DNA of 64,000 nucleotides from Escherichia coli (GTDB lineage Bacteria; Pseudomonadota; Gammaproteobacteria; Enterobacterales; Enterobacteriaceae): NCBI RefSeq assembly GCF_003790525.1, contig NZ_CP033635.1; one strand, 5' to 3'. Shown piece by piece: positions 51,252 to 64,000 of this stretch (position 1 is its first letter; each line of letters starts with the position of its first letter). The notes under the pieces were generated by a model. It saw only the letters and a program-made list of their open reading frames with translations, ran no database searches and was not told where the DNA came from. The position numbers and the translations under genes were made by a program.

Positions 51252-52631
51252 TTATTTATTGACTACTGCATCAATACTTAAACTTTCAACGGAGACACCT
51301 TTGGTTTCAATTCCAATGGTGGCGATAGCAATTGCGACAATAATTGAAACCGCCCCCAGAAGAATAAAGACTCCCGTTACGCCATAACTACTGAGCAGCA
51401 CTGCAACGGCATAAGGTGCGGCAATACCACTGATTCGCCCTACTGCATTCGCCAGACCGGAGCCACGTAATTTTGCCTCTGTCGGCCAGATCTCAGGGAC
51501 ATACACTGCCGAGGCATAGCAAACGTACATATAGACGAAAGTAATCAGGAAGAAACCAATCAGCGTTATGAGCAACATACTGGTTTGCAGTGAATAGATA
51601 TATCCGAGCACCGCAATCAGGATTAATAGCCCCACACCCATTGTTTTACGCGGAATTTTATCCATCACCAGCATGGCAATAAATATACCAAATGGCGCAC
51701 CAAACATACTCATGGTATTTAAAACAATCGAGTCTTTTAAATTAATCCCCTGGGTCATGAATATTGTTGGCAACCAGTTAATTAGTGTGTACTGCACAAC
51801 GTTCATGGCAATCAGCACACAAGAACCTAATATCACGCGTTTCAGTAATACTCCTGTCAGTAAGGCTGAATACGGCACCGCTTGTGGCGCTTTACCGTCA
51901 TCAGCAATAACCACGGGCGGCAAAGGTTTTCCCGTCTGGCGTATGACGCCTTCTTCTATACTCCGCATGACTTTCTCGGCTTCCTGATACCGTCCGCGCG
52001 ATTCCAGCCAGCGCGGGGATTCAGGAAAGTAGCGCCAGGCCAGCGCCGTAGCGATAAGCGACAATATTGCAGGGATAAGCAGTTGTACTCGCCAGTTCCA
52101 CTCTGCACTAATCAGCGGCGTGAGTCCCATCGCAATCAATGAACAGAGCGGATATGACCAGTTGCCAATAAAAGAAACCCGACTGGACCACGTTCCGCGA
52201 TTTCTACCGGGCATATATTCGGTGAAACCAGCAAACAGCGTCACCAGTAAAGCTCCCAGCCCAACGCCCATCACAAAACGGCAGGCAATAAGGAAATCCA
52301 TATTCGGTGAAAAAGCACCGACCACCATCGAGGCAATATGAATGGCCTCATAGAGGATGAACGCATTTCTGCGACCGGTTTTGTCACCGATGATGCCGCC
52401 AACCAGCGCACCGAGAAACATTCCGGCGGTCGTGATTGCTGAGAATGTGGCAGTGGTGGAATTATCTGTCCAGCCCAACGCTTTCAGCTGCGCGAGGATC
52501 AAGCCACCAACGGCATTACTCCAGCAGACAAGCAAGCCAAACGCGACGATAGCAAACATTGACGAATGCCAGCGGCAATCCGGTAAGCGATCCAGCCGAG
52601 CACCACAATGCGGTTTTGTTATCTGTTCCAT
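51252..52631 (-). CDS. ydjK: MFS transporter YdjK
   Basis: 459-aa polytopic ORF, paralogous in layout to YdjE. Confidence 0.85.
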   Translation of the reverse strand: MEQITKPHCGARLDRLPDCRWHSSMFAIVAFGLLVCWSNAVGGLILAQLKALGWTDNSTTATFSAITTAGMFLGALVGGIIGDKTGRRNAFILYEAIHIASMVVGAFSPNMDFLIACRFVMGVGLGALLVTLFAGFTEYMPGRNRGTWSSRVSFIGNWSYPLCSLIAMGLTPLISAEWNWRVQLLIPAILSLIATALAWRYFPESPRWLESRGRYQEAEKVMRSIEEGVIRQTGKPLPPVVIADDGKAPQAVPYSALLTGVLLKRVILGSCVLIAMNVVQYTLINWLPTIFMTQGINLKDSIVLNTMSMFGAPFGIFIAMLVMDKIPRKTMGVGLLILIAVLGYIYSLQTSMLLITLIGFFLITFVYMYVCYASAVYVPEIWPTEAKLRGSGLANAVGRISGIAAPYAVAVLLSSYGVTGVFILLGAVSIIVAIAIATIGIETKGVSVESLSIDAVVNK

Positions 52632-52657
52632 GCGATAACGCTCCTTCAGGAGAGTAG

Positions 52658-53734
52658 TTATTCATCAAAGTCGTAAGTCATGATCACTTTGATTGCGGTT
52701 TTATCGACCATCGCATCAAACCCTTCGCGCCATTGCGACAGGCCGATACGATGCGTGATCATCGGTTTGACTTTGATAGCGCCGCTGGCTAATAGCCTGA
52801 TAGCGTTACGCCATGAGGTGGAGTCATAGGCCATATGCCCAATGATGCTTTTGTTCCAGGCGGTAATGTCATTAATCGAGAAATCAAGAGGTTTGAAGCC
52901 CATTCCAACGCGTACCACTTCCCCATTCGGGCGGAGCATTTCGATGGCTTGTTTCAATGCGATATTGGCACCGGAGCATTCAATCACCAGCCCCAGATTG
53001 TCTTTGCCACAAATTTGCTGGCAGCGTGCCACCACATCTTCGGTAGAACCATTTACTACTGCCGTCGCACCCAGTTCTTTTGCAACCGGGAAGCGGACCG
53101 CCACATCTTCTTGTAGACCAACGACGACGATATTTACCGCCCCCATAATCCGCGCCATTTGTACGGAGAACAGTCCGAGTGGGCCAGTGCCGATGACGAC
53201 TACATCCTGACCAGGGAGGAATTTCGATTGCTGCGCGATGGATTTGTAGGCATTGCAGATAGGGTCAAGTACGGCTGCGTCCTCATAATCAACACCATCA
53301 GGGATTTCCCACAACGCATGACGATGAATTTTGAGAATTTCACCAGGAACCAGACAATATTTGGAAAAACCACCGCCCCAGGTATTGTTATCCAGACCAA
53401 GGTTTACTTTTTCTGTACAACACAGAAAATCACCTTGTTCACAGGCCGGACAAACGCCGCAGACGTGACCGCTGTTATCTGACACGACGCGTTGCCCCAC
53501 TTTCCAGTCTTTGACTTTTTCACCAACCTGCGCAATACAACCTGCGAACTCATGGCCGCGGATAGAGTTAAACTCATCAGAACCGCTATCGACATTGTAG
53601 TGCTTCATGTCTGCGCCGCAGATTGCCGCGGCTTTAATTTCAATCACGACATCTTCCGGGCCACAAATGGGTTGTGGCACATCGATCATCTTGTAGCCGC
53701 CAAAGGCTTTGCCAAACCGAGCCAGTGCTTTCAT
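52658..53734 (-). CDS. ydjL: zinc-dependent dehydrogenase YdjL
   Basis: 358-aa MDR-family ORF. Confidence 0.85.
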   Translation of the reverse strand: MKALARFGKAFGGYKMIDVPQPICGPEDVVIEIKAAAICGADMKHYNVDSGSDEFNSIRGHEFAGCIAQVGEKVKDWKVGQRVVSDNSGHVCGVCPACEQGDFLCCTEKVNLGLDNNTWGGGFSKYCLVPGEILKIHRHALWEIPDGVDYEDAAVLDPICNAYKSIAQQSKFLPGQDVVVIGTGPLGLFSVQMARIMGAVNIVVVGLQEDVAVRFPVAKELGATAVVNGSTEDVVARCQQICGKDNLGLVIECSGANIALKQAIEMLRPNGEVVRVGMGFKPLDFSINDITAWNKSIIGHMAYDSTSWRNAIRLLASGAIKVKPMITHRIGLSQWREGFDAMVDKTAIKVIMTYDFDE

Positions 53735-54103
53735 TGCGTCATCCTCTGTGTTTTGTTTTGCTTAGATGGTCATCATACTTACCCACATGATTTTTGAGGT
53801 CAACATTAAATCTGTAAAACACAGATAATGATCTGCGTTTTACAACTCAGATCACAATTACGCAGAAAATGGCTGGAGCTGTTACAGGTTGATGGAAGGC
53901 GGAACGCAAAATGAGCAAATTTGAGAGGGATTACCGGCCAAATAGGTCTGAGACTTAAGTTCAGGAGAAGTCATTCAGGCGTGAACGCGACTGCAAGAGA
54001 CCGGACTGGGGCTTTGCCTGGTCGTGACGAGATAATTGAGATGAGTCGTGGGGTTATTGTTGGCTATCCCCTTTATAACCGCGGCAAAAAGGGGACAAAC
54101 CAC

Positions 54104-54376
54104 TTACTTAAACATGGCAATTGGCTTTGCTGAGATACCAAAATCTTCTTTTAACTGTTGTTTGCTCTTCATGACCATCTGACCATTTGTGTCAATTGTC
54201 ATATGCTGTGCTTCGGTATTATGGCGGGCTTGCCACAGCATCACCAGTTGCAGGCAGTTCTCTTTTTGTTCCTCGGTCAACGCAACGCCATCAGGCCATT
54301 TCCCCAATTCAACGGCGGTCGACAAACGCTGGTATACCTCAGGCGTCATGCTGTTGATAATGTCATCAAGATTCAT
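54104..54376 (-). CDS. yeaC: DUF1315-family small protein YeaC
   Basis: Start at MNLDDIINSMTPEVYQRL (internal ATG of the track ORF), 90 aa. Confidence 0.8.
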   Translation of the reverse strand: MNLDDIINSMTPEVYQRLSTAVELGKWPDGVALTEEQKENCLQLVMLWQARHNTEAQHMTIDTNGQMVMKSKQQLKEDFGISAKPIAMFK

Positions 54377-54417
54377 AATTTTTCCGCTCCTGTGGAATAA
54401 GTTGCTGAATCGTTTTT

Positions 54418-54831
54418 TCAACCGTTGATTTCTTCGCCGTTTTCGCCATCGGTAAAGCGTAAAGAGGCAGAGTTAACACAATAACGTTCGCCCGTTGGCT
54501 GCGGCCCGTCGGGGAAGACATGCCCCAGATGGGCATCACAGTTACCGCAACGAATTTCTATGCGCTGCATTCCATGTGACAAGTCTTTGATATAACGAAT
54601 GGATTCTTCACTCACCGGTTCGTAGAAACTGGGCCAGCCACAGCCGGAATCATACTTGGTTTGGGAATGAAACAGCGGGGCATCGCAGATCAAACAGTGA
54701 TATACGCCGTCACGCTTGTTATGCAGTAAACGACCCGTAAATGGCGGCTCTGTCCCATGATTCTGCGTCACGTAGAACTGCATCTCGGACAAATTTTTTT
54801 TCAGTTCTTCTGCCGAAGGTTTATTAGCCAT
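54418..54831 (-). CDS. msrB: peptide methionine-(R)-S-oxide reductase
   Basis: Start at [23 protein letters not shown]; 137 aa with two CxxC pairs. Confidence 0.9.
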
Positions 54832-55160
54832 TTGCTCACATCTCACTTTAATCGTGCTCACATTACGTGACTGATTCTAACAAAACATTAACACCAACTG
54901 GCAAAATTTTGTCCTAAACTTGATCTCGACGAAATGGCTGCACCTAAATCGTGATGAAAATCACATTTTTATCGTAATTGCCCTTTAAAATTCGGGACGC
55001 CGACCCCATGTGGTCTCAAGCCCAAAGGAAGAGTGAGGCGAGTCAGTCGCGTAATGCTTAGGCACAGGATTGATTTGTCGCAATGATTGACACGATTCCG
55101 CTTGACGCTGCGTAAGGTTTTTGTAATTTTACAGGCAACCTTTTATTCACTAACAAATAG

Positions 55161-56168
<1,008 letters not shown>

Positions 56169-56190
56169 GTTGAGATGACACTGTGATCTA

Positions 56191-56222
56191 AAAAGAGCGA
56201 CTTCGGTCGCTCTTTTTTTTAC
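56191..56222 (+). terminator. rho-independent terminator of gapA
   Basis: Hairpin agagcgac ttcg gtcgctct followed by a run of 8 T. Confidence 0.8.
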
Positions 56223-56251
56223 CTGATAAAATGAAGTTAAAGGACTGCGTC

Positions 56252-57136
56252 ATGATTAAGAAAATTTTTGCCCTTCCGGTCATCGAACAAATCTCCCCTG
56301 TCCTCTCCCGTCGTAAACTGGATGAACTGGACCTCATTGTGGTCGATCATCCCCAGGTAAAAGCCTCTTTTGCATTACAGGGCGCACACCTTCTCTCATG
56401 GAAACCTGCGGGTGAAGAAGAAGTTCTGTGGTTGAGCAATAACACACCGTTCAAAAATGGCGTCGCTATTCGCGGTGGCGTACCGGTTTGCTGGCCGTGG
56501 TTTGGTCCGGCTGCACAACAAGGTCTGCCTGCGCACGGTTTTGCCCGCAACCTGCCGTGGACGCTGAAATCACATCGTGAAGATGCTGATGGCGTAGCGC
56601 TGACTTTTGAATTGACACAAAGCGAAGAGACGAAAAAATTCTGGCTACACGACTTTACGCTATTAGCGCATTTCCGCGTGGGTAAAGCCTGTGAAATCGA
56701 TCTTGAAGCACACGGCGAATTTGAAACCACCTCTGCCCTGCATACCTACTTTAACGTGGGTGATATCACTAAGGTAAGCGTCAGTGGACTGGGCGATCGC
56801 TTCATTGATAAAGTGAATGACGCGAAAGAAGATGTACTGACCGACGGTATTCAGACCTTCCCTGACCGTACCGATCGCGTGTATCTGAATCCGCAAGATT
56901 GCAGCGTAATTAATGACGAAGCGCTGAATCGTATTATCGCCGTAGGCCACCAGCATCATCTGAACGTTGTAGGCTGGAACCCAGGACCGGCGCTTTCAGT
57001 TAGCATGGGCGATATGCCGGATGATGGCTACAAGACCTTTGTTTGTGTAGAAACAGCTTACGCCTCAGAAACGCAAAAAGTCACCAAAGAGAAACCTGCA
57101 CATCTGGCGCAATCCATTCGCGTTGCGAAACGTTAA
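56252..57136 (+). CDS. yeaD: D-hexose-6-phosphate mutarotase YeaD
   Basis: Start at MIKKIFALPVIEQISPVL; 294 aa, aldose-1-epimerase-like. Confidence 0.85.
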   Translation: MIKKIFALPVIEQISPVLSRRKLDELDLIVVDHPQVKASFALQGAHLLSWKPAGEEEVLWLSNNTPFKNGVAIRGGVPVCWPWFGPAAQQGLPAHGFARNLPWTLKSHREDADGVALTFELTQSEETKKFWLHDFTLLAHFRVGKACEIDLEAHGEFETTSALHTYFNVGDITKVSVSGLGDRFIDKVNDAKEDVLTDGIQTFPDRTDRVYLNPQDCSVINDEALNRIIAVGHQHHLNVVGWNPGPALSVSMGDMPDDGYKTFVCVETAYASETQKVTKEKPAHLAQSIRVAKR

Positions 57137-57186
57137 TTTGCGTTAATGTTGTGTGCCGGGTGCGATGCATCCGGCACGTATCAACA

Positions 57187-58041
57187 TCACACCATATCCA
57201 GCGCAGTTTTTCCTTTTGGTGCCGGATATGCCTTATCCAGCATAGCTAATTCCGCTGATGAAAGTTCGACCTCAAGCACAGCCGCATTTTGTTGGACATG
57301 GGCAATCGTGGCCGCTTTTGGAATCGCCATCACACCCTGATGACTGATCACCCACGCCAACAATACTTGTGCCGCGCTGATATTGTGAGCATGTGCAATT
57401 TCGTTGACTACCGCGTTTTTTAACAGCCCATTGCGCAACCGCCCGGCCTGGGCTAACGGACTGTAAGCCATCACCGGCATCTGCTGTTGCTGGCACCAGG
57501 GAAGTAGATCGTACTCAATCCCTCGTGAACCGAGATGGTAAAGCACCTGATTAGTGGCACACTGATTCCCCCCCGGCAGCTGCCAGAGTTCCTGCATATC
57601 GGCATAATCAAGGTTAGAAACGCCCCAGCGGCGGATTTTTCCCTGGGCGATCAATTTTTCCATCGCTGCGACAGTCTCTTCAAAAGCGAAACTGCCAGAC
57701 CAGTGTAATAAGTAGAGATCGAGATAATCAGTATTGAGACGGCGTAAACTGGCTTCGCATGCATTTATCGCTTTTTGCCCGCCAGCATTCCACGGATAGA
57801 CTTTAGAGACGAGAAAGACGTTCTCACGCAGGCCGGTTAATGCTTCCCCAACCACCATTTCGGCACCGCCATCGGCATACATTTCGGCGGTATCAATGAG
57901 GGTTAAACCGAGTTCAATGCCCGCGCGTAGTGCAGCAACTTCTGTTTTACGCTGACTGGCATCTTCGCCCATATACCATGTTCCCTGCCCTATGGCTGGC
58001 AGTGAGACATCGCCACTAAATTGAATCATTTTTTGTTGCAT
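57187..58041 (-). CDS. yeaE: aldo-keto reductase YeaE
   Basis: Start at MQQKMIQFSGDVSLPAIGQGTWYMGED; 284 aa. Confidence 0.85.
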   Translation of the reverse strand: MQQKMIQFSGDVSLPAIGQGTWYMGEDASQRKTEVAALRAGIELGLTLIDTAEMYADGGAEMVVGEALTGLRENVFLVSKVYPWNAGGQKAINACEASLRRLNTDYLDLYLLHWSGSFAFEETVAAMEKLIAQGKIRRWGVSNLDYADMQELWQLPGGNQCATNQVLYHLGSRGIEYDLLPWCQQQQMPVMAYSPLAQAGRLRNGLLKNAVVNEIAHAHNISAAQVLLAWVISHQGVMAIPKAATIAHVQQNAAVLEVELSSAELAMLDKAYPAPKGKTALDMV

Positions 58042-58130
58042 TGCTTCCTCCCAGGTATTGCACCACCGTAATGCAAAACAGGGCATGACGCCCTGTTTTT
58101 ATGCACAAAATGCCCTGGAAAGATGCATTA

Positions 58131-58877
58131 TCAGAATTTGTAGGTGATCCCGGTAGAAATCAGGCCAGTCCAGGATTTATCCACCATTGGGCTGTCAGTA
58201 ACTTCATCAGACAGACGGGTGTAGCGCGCGGTACCGTAAACACTCCAGTCGCCGAGGAAGTTGTAGCTGGCGCTCAGCTCCAGGTAAGGGCTCCAGCTGT
58301 CGTTCGGGTTATAGCCACGCAGACCGCTGCGAGCGGACTCTTTGCGCGATACGCCATAATAGTATTCGTTCTGGTTTTCGCTGTTCCACTGCACACCAAT
58401 ACCCGGAGTCACGGTCAGGCCGCCGTTGGTGTAACGATACAACCAGGCCATATCCCAGACAATGCCGTTGCTGTTATCCAGGGTATCGCCAGCCAGGGTG
58501 GTACGCAGGTAACCGTACTGGGTAAAGTGAGCATAAGACAGACCAGCCATCATGGTGCTCTTACGGTCATCCAGGTGACGCATTTGGTGATCGCCACTGT
58601 CTTTAGCTTTGAAGTAAAGCGGCGACCAGTAAGCGGTAATTGAAAGTTTGTCCGTTGCGTCATTCCACAGGTAGTAACCACCACCTAAGCCACGGAACCA
58701 GAAGTTATCGCCTTCATAGTTGATTACCGGTACTGGGTAAACATCGGTATCGTAATCTTTATATGGGTGTTCAACGACACCTACGCCTGCGCCCAGGGAA
58801 AATTTACCTTCAGCGTGCGCTACGCCTGCAGACGTTGCGATAAGCACTCCAAGTGCCAGAAGTTTGAGTTTGGTCAC
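58131..58877 (-). CDS. mipA: MltA-interacting outer-membrane protein MipA
   Basis: 248-aa ORF with signal peptide and beta-barrel character ending ...GITYKF. Confidence 0.85.
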   Translation of the reverse strand: MTKLKLLALGVLIATSAGVAHAEGKFSLGAGVGVVEHPYKDYDTDVYPVPVINYEGDNFWFRGLGGGYYLWNDATDKLSITAYWSPLYFKAKDSGDHQMRHLDDRKSTMMAGLSYAHFTQYGYLRTTLAGDTLDNSNGIVWDMAWLYRYTNGGLTVTPGIGVQWNSENQNEYYYGVSRKESARSGLRGYNPNDSWSPYLELSASYNFLGDWSVYGTARYTRLSDEVTDSPMVDKSWTGLISTGITYKF

Positions 58878-59312
58878 AATTAATCATTCCTTAAACAAAT
58901 GTTTAGCGGGCGACAAAGTTTACCCGTCAATACATCGAAACCCAACCTTTTTACGTTTTCATTTTTTAAAGTAACTGTTTAATTTTCCTGACGCAGATGA
59001 CACCACGCTTACAGCCAAATGAATTTAGCGTTACCGGCAAGCCTGGTCTTTACATTAATTATGCAAAATTTATGGATGAGTTGTTGATATGCCATTGAAA
59101 TTAAGAAAGCCGTGCAGGCAAGTTTTCCATTTGCCATCTACGCTTAATTTTGAAGGTGTATCACCGGGCACGTTGTTCTCATCGTCGATAAAATGGCATG
59201 AGAGTTGCTGTGTTTTAGCAAGAGACGTCGTTCAGTTTACCTCTTCCGGGAGCCTCTACTATTCATATGAACGGCTCTTAACCTGTGCTAAAAAACGAAA
59301 GGACGGCATACC

Positions 59313-61247
59313 ATGAATATATTCGATCACTATCGCCAGCGATATGAAGCTGCCAAGGACGAAGAGTTCACACTGCAGGAGTTTCTTACCACTTGTCGGC
59401 AAGATCGCAGTGCTTATGCCAACGCGGCTGAGCGGCTATTGATGGCTATTGGTGAGCCTGTCATGGTCGATACAGCCCAGGAACCCAGACTTTCTCGACT
59501 CTTTTCTAACCGGGTCATTGCACGTTATCCGGCGTTTGAAGAGTTTTACGGCATGGAAGACGCGATTGAACAGATTGTCTCTTATCTGAAACACGCGGCT
59601 CAGGGGCTGGAAGAGAAGAAACAAATCCTGTATCTGCTGGGGCCTGTGGGTGGGGGTAAATCATCGCTTGCTGAGCGACTGAAATCATTAATGCAGCTCG
59701 TGCCGATCTATGTATTAAGCGCTAACGGTGAGCGGAGCCCGGTCAACGATCATCCGTTCTGTCTTTTCAATCCGCAGGAAGATGCGCAGATTCTGGAAAA
59801 AGAGTATGGCATTCCTCGCCGTTATCTCGGCACCATCATGTCGCCGTGGGCGGCAAAACGCCTGCATGAATTTGGTGGCGATATCACTAAGTTCCGGGTA
59901 GTGAAGGTCTGGCCGTCAATTCTGCAACAAATTGCTATCGCCAAAACGGAACCCGGTGATGAGAACAACCAGGACATCTCCGCCCTGGTAGGGAAAGTCG
60001 ATATTCGTAAACTCGAACACTACGCGCAGAATGACCCGGACGCCTACGGCTATTCCGGTGCGCTGTGCCGCGCCAATCAGGGGATCATGGAATTTGTCGA
60101 GATGTTTAAAGCACCGATAAAAGTGCTGCATCCCTTGTTAACCGCCACCCAGGAAGGTAACTACAACGGGACGGAAGGTATCTCCGCCCTGCCGTTCAAC
60201 GGGATTATTCTCGCGCACTCGAACGAATCCGAATGGGTCACTTTCCGTAATAACAAAAACAACGAAGCCTTCCTCGACCGTGTTTACATCGTGAAGGTGC
60301 CGTATTGCTTGCGCATTTCCGAAGAGATCAAAATCTACGAGAAATTGCTTAATCACAGTGAATTGACTCACGCCCCCTGCGCCCCTGGCACGCTGGAAAC
60401 GCTGTCACGTTTTTCTATTCTTTCGCGTCTGAAAGAGCCAGAAAACTCCAGCATTTATTCAAAGATGCGGGTTTATGATGGTGAAAGTTTGAAAGACACT
60501 GATCCCAAAGCCAAGTCGTATCAGGAATATCGTGACTACGCCGGTGTCGATGAAGGGATGAACGGTCTGTCGACGCGTTTTGCGTTTAAGATCCTCTCCC
60601 GCGTGTTCAACTTCGATCATGTAGAAGTGGCGGCAAACCCGGTCCATCTGTTCTACGTCCTGGAACAGCAGATCGAGCGCGAGCAGTTCCCACAAGAGCA
60701 GGCAGAACGCTATCTGGAGTTCCTGAAAGGTTATCTGATCCCGAAATATGCCGAGTTTATCGGCAAAGAGATCCAGACGGCCTACCTTGAATCCTATTCC
60801 GAATATGGGCAAAACATTTTCGACCGTTATGTTACCTACGCGGATTTCTGGATTCAGGATCAGGAGTATCGCGATCCGGATACCGGGCAGTTGTTTGACC
60901 GCGAGTCTCTTAACGCCGAGCTGGAGAAAATCGAGAAACCGGCGGGGATCAGTAATCCAAAAGATTTCCGCAACGAGATTGTTAACTTCGTACTGCGCGC
61001 CAGAGCGAATAACAGCGGACGCAATCCGAACTGGACCAGCTATGAAAAACTGCGCACGGTTATTGAGAAGAAAATGTTCTCCAATACCGAGGAGCTGTTG
61101 CCGGTTATTTCGTTTAACGCCAAAACGTCAACCGACGAGCAGAAGAAACATGACGACTTTGTCGACCGTATGATGGAAAAAGGCTACACCCGTAAACAGG
61201 TGCGTTTACTGTGCGAATGGTATTTGCGCGTACGTAAATCGTCTTAA
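59313..61247 (+). CDS. yeaG: PrkA-type serine protein kinase YeaG
   Basis: 644-aa ORF with Walker A LGPVGGGKSS. Confidence 0.9.
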   Translation: MNIFDHYRQRYEAAKDEEFTLQEFLTTCRQDRSAYANAAERLLMAIGEPVMVDTAQEPRLSRLFSNRVIARYPAFEEFYGMEDAIEQIVSYLKHAAQGLEEKKQILYLLGPVGGGKSSLAERLKSLMQLVPIYVLSANGERSPVNDHPFCLFNPQEDAQILEKEYGIPRRYLGTIMSPWAAKRLHEFGGDITKFRVVKVWPSILQQIAIAKTEPGDENNQDISALVGKVDIRKLEHYAQNDPDAYGYSGALCRANQGIMEFVEMFKAPIKVLHPLLTATQEGNYNGTEGISALPFNGIILAHSNESEWVTFRNNKNNEAFLDRVYIVKVPYCLRISEEIKIYEKLLNHSELTHAPCAPGTLETLSRFSILSRLKEPENSSIYSKMRVYDGESLKDTDPKAKSYQEYRDYAGVDEGMNGLSTRFAFKILSRVFNFDHVEVAANPVHLFYVLEQQIEREQFPQEQAERYLEFLKGYLIPKYAEFIGKEIQTAYLESYSEYGQNIFDRYVTYADFWIQDQEYRDPDTGQLFDRESLNAELEKIEKPAGISNPKDFRNEIVNFVLRARANNSGRNPNWTSYEKLRTVIEKKMFSNTEELLPVISFNAKTSTDEQKKHDDFVDRMMEKGYTRKQVRLLCEWYLRVRKSS

Positions 61248-61347
61248 CAACCCTGGCCCGGTACACATGCTACCGGGCCTACAACGACAGCGAACCGTGG
61301 GCCAGAGAAGCGGCAACACAGGCGTAGCATACCGTTGGCAAATGTAG

Positions 61348-62643
<1,296 letters not shown>

Positions 62644-62789
62644 AACTGTCAGCCGGGTCATTATCGCCTGGCTGATTTTTAGCTCACTGTAAATTATCTC
62701 ATTTATTACATACATTAGCTTACAATCGCTTTAAATATGACAGCATAACCTTTACACAATTTAGTTCCAGAAAACAATCATTCGGAAAA

Positions 62790-64000
62790 ATGATTCGGTC
62801 AACACGTATTTCCCTGGGGTTATTCTTTAATTATTTTTTATCGTCAACGAAAATTGATCCTGGTCAAAACTATATATCTCTGCCATCAATAAAATCCAGC
62901 ACTCACATTGCTCTCCTTTTTATGGCTTCTATGGGTACACAAAAATTAAAAGCTCAAGGCTTTTTTGTTTTCAGCTTATTGCTGACGTTAATTTTATTTT
63001 GCATTACTACTTTATATAACGAAAACACGAATGTAAAACTCATCCCACAGATGAATTACCTGATGGTTGTTGTGGCTTTGTTTTTCCTTAACGCCGTCAT
63101 TTTTCTTTTCATGTTAATGAAGTATTTCACTAACAAACAAATTTTACCAACACTCATTTTAAGCCTTGCATTTTTAAGTGGCCTTATCTATTTAGTTGAA
63201 ACCATTGTAATTATCCATAAACCAATCAACGGCAGTACACTGATCCAGACAAAGTCGAATGATGTTTCTATTTTCTATATTTTCCGCCAACTCAGTTTCA
63301 TTTGTTTAACCTCGCTGGCGCTCTTTTGTTATGGGAAAGACAACATCCTTGACAACAATAAGAAAAAAACTGGCATTCTGTTGCTGGCGCTGATTCCTTT
63401 TTTAGTTTTTCCCCTTCTGGCACACAATCTGAGTAGTTATAACGCTGACTATTCTTTGTATGTCGTCGATTACTGTCCGGACAACCATACTGCGACCTGG
63501 GGAATCAACTATACAAAAATATTGGTTTGTTTGTGGGCATTTTTACTGTTCTTTATTATCATGCGTACACGATTAGCCAGCGAACTATGGCCGTTAATAG
63601 CATTATTATGTCTGGCATCGCTATGCTGCAACTTACTTCTACTGACTCTGGATGAGTATAATTACACCATCTGGTATATCAGTCGCGGGATTGAAGTTTC
63701 CAGTAAACTGTTTGTTGTGTCTTTTCTGATTTATAACATTTTTCAGGAACTGCAACTCTCCAGCAAACTGGCAGTTCATGATGTGCTGACCAATATTTAT
63801 AATCGGCGCTACTTTTTCAACAGCGTAGAGTCATTATTGTCGCGACCTGTTGTTAAGGACTTTTGTGTCATGCTGGTTGATATTAATCAGTTCAAACGCA
63901 TCAATGCCCAATGGGGACATCGTGTGGGTGATAAAGTGCTGGTATCAATTGTCGATATTATCCAGCAAAGCATCCGCCCCGATGATATTTTAGCGCGACT
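62790..64000 (+). CDS. yeaI: membrane-anchored GGDEF-domain protein YeaI/CdgI, 5' part (gene continues past the right edge of the window)
   Basis: Open frame from ATG 62790 (MIRSTRISLGLFFNYFLSSTKIDPGQNY...) through the window end, reaching the start of the GGDEF domain (HDVLTNIYNRRYFFNSVESLL); missing from the ORF track because no stop lies inside the window. Confidence 0.8.
   Translation, partial: MIRSTRISLGLFFNYFLSSTKIDPGQNYISLPSIKSSTHIALLFMASMGTQKLKAQGFFVFSLLLTLILFCITTLYNENTNVKLIPQMNYLMVVVALFFLNAVIFLFMLMKYFTNKQILPTLILSLAFLSGLIYLVETIVIIHKPINGSTLIQTKSNDVSIFYIFRQLSFICLTSLALFCYGKDNILDNNKKKTGILLLALIPFLVFPLLAHNLSSYNADYSLYVVDYCPDNHTATWGINYTKILVCLWAFLLFFIIMRTRLASELWPLIALLCLASLCCNLLLLTLDEYNYTIWYISRGIEVSSKLFVVSFLIYNIFQELQLSSKLAVHDVLTNIYNRRYFFNSVESLLSRPVVKDFCVMLVDINQFKRINAQWGHRVGDKVLVSIVDIIQQSIRPDDILAR

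Overview
The window reads as an enterobacterial (Escherichia/Shigella-type) chromosome segment in two parts. Positions 1 to about 29,600 are a horizontally acquired mosaic island; positions 29,686 to 64,000 are conserved backbone whose gene order I recognise as the E. coli K-12 ynjB to yeaI region. The island carries the aerobactin siderophore operon (iutA partial, iucDCBA on the minus strand, Fur box, divergent shiF-like MFS gene), a graveyard of insertion-sequence remnants (ISL3-, IS481-, IS256- and IS1-family), a YadA-type trimeric autotransporter adhesin with in-frame tandem repeats plus a small HTH regulator, a FinO/ProQ-domain gene broken by homopolymer frameshifts, three divergent YagK/YfjJ-family paralogs around alpA, a 1.5 kb AT-rich tract with iteron-like repeats and no long ORF over its first ~1 kb, a low-GC convergent pair of unassignable genes, and a CP4-prophage-like module (YeeP-type GTPase, DUF932, antirestriction, RadC-like, YeeT-like, CbeA/CbtA, YeeW-like). 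No integrase, tRNA, rRNA or CRISPR array was found. The best candidates for something undescribed are the low-GC convergent pair at 20,686-22,424, the adjacent gene-free iteron tract, and an extra 214-aa ORF inserted between the yeeT-like gene and cbeA. All calls rest on reading the translations and recalling protein families; no database search was run, so names are to be treated as hypotheses with the stated confidence.
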